A stretch of DNA of 64,000 nucleotides from Trichodelitschia bisporula (taxonomy: Eukaryota). Every line of letters begins with the position of its first letter. Within the stretch, counting starts at the first letter, position 1. The notes beneath the pieces were generated by a model. That model was not told where the DNA came from. It searched no databases and worked only from the letters and a program-made list of their open reading frames with translations. Location of the stretch: the NCBI GenBank assembly GCA_010356995.1, contig ML996701.1, forward strand, positions 302,963-366,962, in the 5' to 3' direction. Positions 25,344 to 34,841 of the stretch are shown piece after piece. The position numbers and the translations under genes are program-made.

Positions 25344-25919
25344 ATGTCAGCATATCCAGAGTCTACGATGGCACAAAACCAACCCTATCCGTCGTATCAG
25401 CCCCGGGACGGACGCGCTCAATCTCAGCCTCAGTCCTCCCCAATTCCCATTCAGAATCAGTACCGATCCTTCCACCATCAACCCTATCCCATGACCCAGG
25501 GCTCACAAGGACCATATACTGGTTCCCCGTCACAGGAATACTCCCCGAAACATGTTCACTTCCAACAGCATGGACAGTCGCCTCAGCAGGTACACTTCCC
25601 TCAGCAAACATACCCGCCTCAACAATCATATCCGCCTCAGCAAGCGTACTCGCCTCAGCACGCATATTCAGCACAGCAGGGCCATATTGCGCCATATGAG
25701 ACGTACCCAGGTTATCAGCCTCAGCAGCGGCCACCATCTCCTCAATACTCTGAGACATCCTCGGATGATTCAAGGTCCACGCGCAGGTCAACTCGCTCTA
25801 CCCGTTCCCACCGCAGCGGGCGGCGGGAGCTCGATCGGGCGGAGCGACGGCCAACCATGGGAGATACGATTGCACTGATTTGCAAGTCAGTTTGGGGGGC
25901 CTTTGACAAGCGCCGGTAG
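25344..25919 (+). CDS. Hypothetical Q/P/Y/S-rich low-complexity protein
   Basis: 191-aa ATG ORF with 21-bp QxYPPQQ-type repeats, an RS-rich patch and a C-terminal RPTMGDT..amphipathic helix. Confidence 0.65.
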   Translation: MSAYPESTMAQNQPYPSYQPRDGRAQSQPQSSPIPIQNQYRSFHHQPYPMTQGSQGPYTGSPSQEYSPKHVHFQQHGQSPQQVHFPQQTYPPQQSYPPQQAYSPQHAYSAQQGHIAPYETYPGYQPQQRPPSPQYSETSSDDSRSTRRSTRSTRSHRSGRRELDRAERRPTMGDTIALICKSVWGAFDKRR

Positions 25920-26259
25920 TGGGTTCGGCGAAAGCTTTGGCCACCAAGTGCCGGAGCTGGTATACATCGATATAACAGCCGTCGAGATCGCTTTTTGGTG
26001 CGAACACTGGTGCTGCTGAAGGCGTATTAAACTCGATTGTTCTTAAGGCGTGAAAGTATTGGGTCGATTGTCAATGATGGCCTCTGATATGGCACTGGAA
26101 ACGATGGTGAGCAGGGTGGCGTTTGAAAGTGGCAACGGTCGAGCTCATGGGTGTTGACATTTCTTTCTTTCGACATTACGGTTGAAACTAGTAAGCAAAT
26201 TAGCATCTTTGGTGGACTACAGCCTACCAATCCTCTGTATTATCTCGTATCCGAGAACC

Positions 26260-26610
26260 ACGATGGCAACGTTGTTGGGGGAGGCGCTATCCAGCATGAA
26301 GTATCCAATCTTGACTTGCTGGGGTCGGCGACGTATATCTACCAGCATAGAGCCATCGATTGCCACCTTAACCACTAGGTTAATGACGTGGCACGCGCAG
26401 CGAAGTCGTTGTTCAGCGTCGTCAAAGCTGAATCGTGAGCCGACGTCCGTGATTCGGCTTTGAAGACGCTGAGCGAGGGCTTCGCTGCGCATGCCACATC
26501 ATCAACCTAGTGGCTAAGGCGACAATGATTGGTGTAAGTCGGAAGACATTGACGCTGCGACCCAAACATATTTCTGGATGTGCATGAACTAAGATACTTC
26601 AGGTGCATGA
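26260..26610. mobile_element. hAT-family transposase relic arranged as an inverted repeat
   Basis: Minus strand RLRCACHVINLVVK and KIGYFMLDSASPNN; plus strand GLRCACHIINLVAKA. These match hAT CxxH and catalytic D(N)ASNN motifs. Core arms 26353-26437 / 26448-26532. Confidence 0.8.
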
Positions 26611-26813
26611 AGTTTTCTGTTCGGGAGCTTCGGGTGGCGGTGCTACTACATGTGGCTTATGGCCTTGGCATTTGGTTTGGAGAATATCTTGGCGTCACGT
26701 CGATCGAAGGATTTCGAGTGCCATCAAAAATTCCGCCTCTATTTAATCGCGTCGTTACGTCTACACTGGAAAAAAATGTGCGCTCTTGCACCTCTGAGTT
26801 AACCTTGCGATTG

Positions 26814-29657
26814 ATGCAAGCGGCCTTAGGCAGATCATATGCCAGGTCTTTGGCGTACCGGACGGCGCTCGCGTTGCGACTCCCATGCACCAGTCTCTTC
26901 ATCGAATACCGATATTTCTCAAGCACTCACCGCCGCGATGCCGAAGGAGAAAACCCTCAACAGCCTCTCCATCCCCTTCGGAAGGAGGGACCCGGAAAGG
27001 CTTCGCAACAGCAATCGAATGAATCGACGACTTTAGAGACCGATCTCTGGTTCCAATCCAGCGTTGCCTCCCGTACGCCACATTTGCTGCGGCAGGTTGA
27101 CGATCCGGATCGAGCTCGGGATTTGGAGCTGTGGCTGCGGCTTCTACAATTCCGGGAAAGGATTGATGGCTGGAGGGGTATTGCTCTGATATGGCGTGGG
27201 ATGAGGAACCGCTTGGTGGAGCTTTCCACGGACCCAACGTCCGAGGCGATCTGGCGAACTCTCTTGCGGAACCATGACCTTCATCAGAGTGTGTTTGACT
27301 ATGCCGTCGACTTGCGCAATGGGACGGGCAAGACGTTTGAGCCTATGTACGCAATTATCCTTGGAAGCCGGATACAGTCCGCCCCAGAGTCTGTGATATG
27401 GTGGCACAAGAAGTTCCGCCAAAACTATCATATTCGTGACAAAGAATTTCGAAATTTGGCAGTGGCGGCAGCGAGATCCAAAACTGGGCTTGCCCAGTTC
27501 AAGAAAATATACGCTGACTGCCTCCCAAGTCAGCATCATGTCTACGATCCCCTGGTTTCCGCTCTCTGCCACCAGGGAAGGTACTACGAGGCAGAAAGGT
27601 GGCATATGTTTCTCATCTCCCACGGCGACACTCCGTCGCCTGCCATGTCAGCATCACCTGCTATGGAAGGGCTCCGAAATTATCGATGGTCCATGGCTTC
27701 GACGCCTAAGCTGGCCGGGGACCACTTCGACCGAAAGCATTCCACAACCTCCGAGTCAAATCCCCCCCCGGCCCCTAAGCCTCCTAATAAGACCGCGATT
27801 GACAGCACTGCGATTCCGGCTGGCTTCACGAGGGAGACGATGGGCTCATTCTTGGGACTCATTCCTGCAATTCCTCCGAAGAAATTCAGCGATGAATTTT
27901 GCGCTCGGCTCTTCGCGACTAAAGCCTTCTCCCTTTCTTCTGTCATTGGCATCCTCAGCATGTTTTCGGTTGAGGTCATTGGACCACTGGCGTTACGGGA
28001 GTTGACCTTGCGTGCTGCAACATGCAGCGAAATCAGCCAAAAGATCGGGGAATTACGTATAGCTGGCATACGTCTCGAGGATCGTATGTTCTGTAGAGCT
28101 GTAGAAAAGCTGGCCATCGATGATAATCAGACCCTTCTGGATGATCTGCTTGAGACTGATCAGCATCCTGAGGCTCTCGAGGATACAGATCTCCAAAAGA
28201 AGCTTCTTGCCGTCTACATCCAGCAAGAAGATTGGCCGCGGATTCGCTTCATGCTTGGACTTCTCACCTTGTTTAACAAAGATCCGACGACTGAATCCTG
28301 GAACCTCTTTCTTCAGCATTATGCCGGGAGTAAAGACCTTGCGAAGCTCAGCAAAATTCTGAATGACATGCGCCAAGCTGGGATTCATGTCACGAATGAG
28401 AGCATGGACGTAATCCAGGCACGCCGCCTCGAGCCTCGAAAGCCTGGGACGCCGCCTAAGCCGACCGAGCCTGGCGAAGTAGACGACGTGGATGTTGTTG
28501 CAAACATATTGTTTCAGACCATCGCCTCCGGCGATACTGTATCTGCCCTGCGATGGCGCGAGATCATCCGTCGCTACGGGATGAAAGGCAGGTTCGATGA
28601 CCTCTCAGGGCTTTTGTTCCGCCTCGCTCAGGTGTACAATGCTGAGACTCGCGTCAAGTCGCCGTTACCGTTGGGCCATCTGATCGACTTTGCAGGCGAC
28701 AAAGATCAACTTAGGACCATACCTCGGTTACATCCTTCTCATCCCCTTCGGGAGATATGCGACGCCAACCTCCAGCGAGCAGTCGTCACGTGGGGCTTCA
28801 CGCATGGCGCTCTAGTGATTTCCGAGCAGCTTAAACTGGAAAAGGATCTGGAGACTGGAGCCTCGGAACAGCAGCTGGGCGTACTGGAAGCCCCGGCGGT
28901 GGTGGCAACGGATTCTGATATCGGTGATCTTGGGCCGGAGCATCTCGATCTATCGCCTTCGAATACCATCCTCCGCGGCCTCATCTTGCTTCAAGACCTG
29001 GCAAGCAAGGGTGTGGTTGTCCAGACCGAAGTAGTTAAAAAAGTGGTTAAAGAGCGCCTGTGGCAGTTGTTCAGCCCCGGAACATCATCTCGCAGGCTCA
29101 ACCGCAAGGCAAAGGATGAGAACCTTTTCACCATGGAGGAGATTGTTCAAGCAATCGAAAGCATCTGGACGGGGCGGCCTCTGTTTCCTGAGCTTGCCGA
29201 GCTGCCTTTCACAACCCCGGTTCTGCAGCCACCAGCAGGACGTAAGGACGGCGAGGAGCAACCCGAACCGCTTCTCCGATTTCACGGCTCGAAGTCGAAG
29301 CTGTGGAGGAGCACGGGGTTGCATGTGCAGCCTCCCCTCCCGCTGGTTGGGGAGGCTCCGCTTACCCATAAACCGCTCGCTGACAGGATCAATTCCTCTC
29401 CGCGTAAGCCAAAGAAACCTGGAACCCGTATCGAGTATCCTCGCTACAGCTCCCTCGTTGACGACATTTTGTTTTCTAAGACGGATGATGGGCAAGGGAC
29501 GCGGCCTTCGTCGACCACGAAAGTTGCGGAGAAGCGCAAGGCGTTTTTGCTTGCGTTGTTTGGGCCGACGCCGAAGATTAAGGGCCAGCGTGTGAATGAG
29601 AAGGAGTGGGAGGCGTATCTTGAGGCGAGAGTGTGGGAGGACCCGTTGAACTTGTGA
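26814..29657 (+). CDS. Mitochondrial pentatricopeptide-repeat (PPR)-like protein
   Basis: Long intronless ORF; Arg/Ser/Leu-rich presequence ending YRYFSSTHRR; PPR-like units YDPLVSALCHQGRYYEAERW and SWNLFLQHYAGSKDLAKLSKILNDMRQAGI; first plausible ATG 26814. Confidence 0.8.
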   Translation: MQAALGRSYARSLAYRTALALRLPCTSLFIEYRYFSSTHRRDAEGENPQQPLHPLRKEGPGKASQQQSNESTTLETDLWFQSSVASRTPHLLRQVDDPDRARDLELWLRLLQFRERIDGWRGIALIWRGMRNRLVELSTDPTSEAIWRTLLRNHDLHQSVFDYAVDLRNGTGKTFEPMYAIILGSRIQSAPESVIWWHKKFRQNYHIRDKEFRNLAVAAARSKTGLAQFKKIYADCLPSQHHVYDPLVSALCHQGRYYEAERWHMFLISHGDTPSPAMSASPAMEGLRNYRWSMASTPKLAGDHFDRKHSTTSESNPPPAPKPPNKTAIDSTAIPAGFTRETMGSFLGLIPAIPPKKFSDEFCARLFATKAFSLSSVIGILSMFSVEVIGPLALRELTLRAATCSEISQKIGELRIAGIRLEDRMFCRAVEKLAIDDNQTLLDDLLETDQHPEALEDTDLQKKLLAVYIQQEDWPRIRFMLGLLTLFNKDPTTESWNLFLQHYAGSKDLAKLSKILNDMRQAGIHVTNESMDVIQARRLEPRKPGTPPKPTEPGEVDDVDVVANILFQTIASGDTVSALRWREIIRRYGMKGRFDDLSGLLFRLAQVYNAETRVKSPLPLGHLIDFAGDKDQLRTIPRLHPSHPLREICDANLQRAVVTWGFTHGALVISEQLKLEKDLETGASEQQLGVLEAPAVVATDSDIGDLGPEHLDLSPSNTILRGLILLQDLASKGVVVQTEVVKKVVKERLWQLFSPGTSSRRLNRKAKDENLFTMEEIVQAIESIWTGRPLFPELAELPFTTPVLQPPAGRKDGEEQPEPLLRFHGSKSKLWRSTGLHVQPPLPLVGEAPLTHKPLADRINSSPRKPKKPGTRIEYPRYSSLVDDILFSKTDDGQGTRPSSTTKVAEKRKAFLLALFGPTPKIKGQRVNEKEWEAYLEARVWEDPLNL

Positions 29658-29854
29658 TACCCTCGGACATTGAATATAAGCAGACTGAATGGTAAACAAC
29701 ATAATGGAATAGCCTGTACAGATAACGCTGGTTCTGATACCATTCGCTCATTTTACACAATGAATTCAACTCAATCCACCAGCAAACAGTGACTCCATTA
29801 CTCCGCGCTGCCATGCTGTGATATTTACACCCACCACATTCCGAGTCCGCCAGG

Positions 29855-32046
29855 CTAAGCTCCATCAGCACTCTCCTCTCCATCAAGTCCCTGCTCAAAC
29901 TCCACCAGCGGCGTCCCAGCCTTGCAAATATCCCCTTCCCCATGCACAACCCTAGCAATAACCCCATCAACCGGGCTCCTTATCACCGTCTCCATCTTCA
30001 TACTCTCAATAACCACTAGCGGCTGATCCTTCCTCACCGTATCCCCGGCCTTGACATCCACGCGCAGCACTTTGCACGGCATAGGCGCCAGCACGCTATT
30101 CGCCACGTCCCGCACGCCCAGCGCCTTCGCTGCCCATGCCGGCGGGGCGAGTTGTAGCTTCCACTGCTTCCCGCGCTGGAAGAGCGTGAGCCAGTCTTCG
30201 TCGCGGATTAATGTGGTGGCGAGGCGCGTGTGCGGGAAGTAGGAAGTGAAGGACCCGCCGGTACCGGTCGTGGTGACGTCGGGGTAGTCGACATCGCCGA
30301 TGCGGATGCTGAAGCGGTGCGCGCCCGGCTCCGCGCTAGGGAGTTGCCGAATGGACACGGCGGTGGGCGTGCCCACGCCCTTGCCGTCGGGCGGCAACTC
30401 GATGAGACTAAACTCGCGTTCCTGAAATGTATCATCTAACAACCACCCCCCTTGATCCCCCCTTATCTCCCCCATGAACACCCCGACCGCCGCCTGCGCA
30501 TACACCTCGTCCGGGACCAAGACACGTCTGAAAAGCTCCCCGCGATGCTTATCAATATACCCCGTCTCTACATCACCAGACACAAAATCCGGGCTCACAA
30601 CGACCCTTTTCAAGAACTCGATATTCGTAACGGGGCCCGCGATTTCGTACCCCTCGAGCGCGGCGCGGAGTTTTTGCAATGCGGCCACCCGGGTCGGGGC
30701 ACGGACGATGAGCTTCGCGATCATAGGGTCGTAGTGCGAGGATATTTCGTCGCCGGCGGTGAAGCCGGCATCGACGCGGACTGTGTCCGAGACGGGCGGC
30801 ATGTGGAGGTGCAGGAGGCGGCCGGAGTCGGGCATGAAATTCATGTCCGGGTTCTCGGCGTAGATGCGCGCTTCGATTGCGTGGCCGCGTTCCGCTATAC
30901 GTTGCTCGATTTCGGCCTGCGAGAGGGGCAGCACGCCGCCTTCTGCGACGATGAGTTGCCAGCGGACTAGGTCTTCGCCCGTTACCATCTCAGTGACCGG
31001 GTGCTCAACCTGCAGGCGGGTGTTCATCTCCATGAAGAAGAACTCGTTCGTGTCGTTGTCGAAAATGAACTCGACGGTACCGGCACCCTCATACCCTACC
31101 GCAAGGGCGGCTGCGCGTGCCTTCTCCCAGATATCCTTCCTGATATCATCGGCCAGATGTGGCGCGGGGGATTCCTCGAGGATCTTCTGATGCCGACGCT
31201 GGATGCTGCAATCACGCTCGCCCAGCGCGACGCAATTTCCGTGCTTGTCGGCGAAGATCTGCACCTCGATATGCCGCGGCGTGGTGATGTACTTCTCAAC
31301 CAGCATAACATCATCCCCGAAGCTGTTTCGCGCCTCGGACTTCGCACTCGCAAGCTGATCCATAAACTCCATCGGCGTAGCAACGATGCGCATGCCCTTC
31401 CCGCCTCCGCCCTTAACCGCCTTCAGCAGCACCGGGTACCCAATCTTCGCCGCCTCGGCTTTCAAGTACTCGGGGTCCTGGTTCTCCCCGTGGTACCCCG
31501 GGATGCACGGCACGCCCGCCGCGGTCATAATGTCCTTGGAGCGGCTCTTGCTGCCCATAGCCTCAATTGCCTGCCACGGCGGGCCGATGAAGGTAAGTCC
31601 CGCCTCCGAGCATCGTTTTGCGAACGCGGCGTTTTCGCTCAAGAAGCCGTAGCCGGGGTGGATGGCCTGACAGCCTTCGCGCTGGGCGACGGCGATGAGG
31701 CGCTCGCCATCTAGGTACGCGCTTGGGTCGCCGAGGTTCACAGAGAAGGGCGAAGAGAGCGCGTGTTGGCTGCGGGCGTCGGGGTTGGTATAGATGGTTG
31801 TTGTGCGGATGCCGTAGGTCGCGGCGGTGCGGTTGACGCGCCTGGGACGTTAGGGAGGAGGGACTGGAGGATGGTAGGATCTTACAGGGCGATTTCGCCG
31901 CGGTTCGCAATTAGGAGGGATGTCAATGGTTTGGTGTCTATTGAGCTGGACTCGGCTCGGGATGAGGTCTGGCGGCGTTGGACTGTGAGGGGGGACAAGA
32001 CGCGGGGGAGGTGGTAGGGACGGCGGAGACGTGAGAGGGACGACAT
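29855..32046 (-). CDS. mccA: 3-methylcrotonyl-CoA carboxylase alpha (biotin-containing) subunit, mitochondrial
   Basis: LLIANRGEIA, IHPGYGFLSEN, GGGGKGMR, RDCSIQRRHQK, EMNTRLQVEHPVTE, biotin site ESMKME; presequence; one intron. Confidence 0.92.
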
Positions 32047-32829
32047 TGTGATTACTGTTTATAGGGATAGGAGAACAGTGTTCGAAGACTTCCTCTCATA
32101 TGTATCGTGAAGTGAAGTGAGAGAGTTTGAAGGCTTCATTCCAAGGTACATTCAGCATGTCGTCCACCATGTGCACCAACCGATAATAGCCGTCAGTAGC
32201 CCCTCAGGCAGCAAGTCCGCAGTGCAGCTCGAATTGCGGGGAAGGGTAAGGGCCGCTCAAAACAAGTCATTGTTGCCTTATCCGCTAAATTTCCCAGGCC
32301 GGACGGCCATGATTTCTTTCCACTGCCCTTACGCTCTCTTGGCGATGAAGTCGGTGGCTCAAGCATCGTACGGTAGCGCATTAAAAGTCGTTGCATGGAA
32401 ACCATCCATAATTATTAGCGGCGGCACGCAACCTCTTTTGTTATGCTTACGGGTAAGCTCAAGTCCCGTGTCGCCGCCTTCCCCCGCCACGCCGATCACC
32501 TCCTTGGCTCCACTTTGGGTCAACTACGCGCCGAGATTGCCTTCATTCTACATCCTCCTCCTTACTACAGCCGTTGTCACCAGACCGTCACTGTTATCGT
32601 CAGTTTCTCCGTTGCAATTTAGCAGCAACTTCATTGAAAATCCACCTGCAGACACCCAGCGGATCATTCGATCGTTTGGACGCGTTGCCTTCCTCGCCCC
32701 TCCCCCTCAGCTCTCAGCCCCGGACTACCGGTAGATCGTCGACTTGAGCAAACAGCTACCCCGCCCGATCATCATCGCCTTGCATTGCCGCTTCCCTATC
32801 CAGCTTCGGCGTAGCCTGGTGCTAACACC

Positions 32830-34036
32830 ATGTCGGACTCGGAAGACGGTTGGTACGGCGATGACGCCGACTACTTCTACGTAGAAGACACCTACCAGAT
32901 CGCCGTACGTGCATCTCGTACTTCCAGCTTCTCATACCTAACAGGCATAGGACGACCTCGCCGAACACGCCATGCCATCCCCCCCACCGTTCGAAGGTGA
33001 CGATGAATGGGACGATGACTGGCGCTTTGAATACTTCAATGACATCGAATACGACGACGACGACTTCTACACCAAACCCCAGGCAGGCGCGGGCACAAAG
33101 CGCAAGCGCGCCGGCGGGGACCAAACACTGGTGCGGCTGCGGAAGCGGCGCGTCAGGGCCGTGCAGCCTGTCGTCTGGCGTGGTCGAGACACAAGGCCTG
33201 CAGATCCGAAGGTGTATATCCCCGGGTCTGCGAAGCCGTATACACTGTTCAAGGACTGGAGGGAGCGGTTTAAGGACGTGCCACTGCCGGCGGTGCCGGA
33301 AAGGCCGGTGCTTGCCAAGGTCGAGGACGCGCCTGAGGACGACGTGCCTGAAGACGACGGGCATGATGAAGCCGCAGAAGACGCCATGGACGAGTGGGAA
33401 TCAGACGACGAAGATATCGAAGATGAAGACGACGAAACCTCGGCAAATCCACCCGGCCTGAACCCCGAGATCCTCAAGACCGCTCTCCGCGCCAACCTCG
33501 CCAAAATTGGTCTGGACACGAGTAACGTCGACGAGGCCACACTGCTGCAGTTCGCGACCCGGATGTTCGAGGACATGGGCCGAGGGGAGGAAATCCTCAG
33601 CGAACTTGCTGACCTCGTTTTGTCCAGGGACAAGGACTCCGAGCATGAGGACGGGTTCTCGAAATGGGTCACTGGCCAGGTCAAGCCTTCCAAAGTCGAG
33701 ACAGAACCGGTCATGGAAGGCGGCCCGGTTGCGCCCTCGGATACTCAGCCTGCGCCTCCATTGTCGCCCGCTGCGCTGGAGACGGAGCAGATGTCGGCTG
33801 ATCAGGTTATGCTTGATGCCCAGGCTCAGGCTCAGGCTCAGGACGGCACGAAGGCTACTCCGTCCGAGGCCGAGGTTTCTCATGGCCGGAAGCGGAGAGC
33901 GAGTCCGGAACCGGCGTTGGAGGTGGAGAGTAAAAAGCTCGAGCCTGTCCGCTCGTTCGGTGCACCCACGGCTTCGAGTATCGCGAAGGCGACGCAGAAG
34001 GTTGTTCCTGGAGGGAAGAGGCAGAAGGTCGCCTAA
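32830..34036 (+). CDS. Hypothetical acidic fungal protein (2 exons)
   Basis: MSDSEDGWYGDDADYFYVEDTYQIA spliced (GTACGT..CTAAC..TAG) to DDLAEHAMPSP; D/E-rich, with NLS-like KRKR. Confidence 0.75.
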
Positions 34037-34088
34037 CGGTGTGCTATTTCGTTTGCGTAGGATGGAACATTGCACGGCGTTGACTAGC

Positions 34089-34478
34089 GAGCGTGAGGCG
34101 CGCAGCAAAGGGAAGAGAAGGTCCAAACGACTCGAGATTGCAGGAGAGTTCCTGCGGAGACGGGATATGCTTCTCCATGGCAGACCTGGCGTCCTGTCCG
34201 CGCTGAACGCTGCCAGACACGTTGGCGTATTCGAATTCCGTCATCACGATGATCTCGTGCAGGGGCTCAATGAAATCTAGCACGAAGCTCTGACCTCGAG
34301 GTCGTATTAGTTTTCTTTGAGCCTCTTCACGTCGCCATCGTGGGACAGAATCCGATTACGCAACGTCTGCGGTAGTGTTCAGGGCTGGGAGGATGCCAGC
34401 ATCCCGTCCCTGCAGGAGCACGCCCGCGATCGAGAGTCGCTTGGCCCTTTTTCGTCCCTTCCTGCGCGCCTCACGCTC
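34089..34478. repeat. Diverged ~190-bp-arm inverted repeat (fold-back), probably transposase-derived
   Basis: Arms begin with an identical 17-mer GAGCGTGAGGCGCGCAG; 60/78 identity over the outer block; central perfect palindrome GACCTCGAGGTC at 34292-34303. Confidence 0.9.
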
Positions 34479-34841
34479 TAACTTCGCTTTGTATGGCGCA
34501 CAGGAGTTGTTGAGGTGGGCTGGTGCTTTATGTCATGAATGGTGGACTGGCGTTTGTGTATCTACATCATAGCTGGATTAGCTCACTTGTCGGTGTATGG
34601 AATCTCCCAATGAGAACAAAATGTTCCGAATTGACAACTGCTCAAATACATGTACTGAATCATATCCCTTATACAAACGCCATCCAATGCGCAGTGAACA
34701 ATCCCTTCATCACGCAAGCCCAACGCAGCAATAACCATCCCCAGGCGACCCGGCGAACAGCCCGAAGCCTACACAAACGCCCGCCGCCCGCCGCCCAACG
34801 TCCCAATCCCATTACCATCTCCACCTATCCCAGACCCCGAC

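Noticed and set aside
26580..26813. N-terminal extension of the PPR ORF from GTG 26580
   Set aside because: It overlaps the transposon relic, and the presequence-like segment begins at ATG 26814
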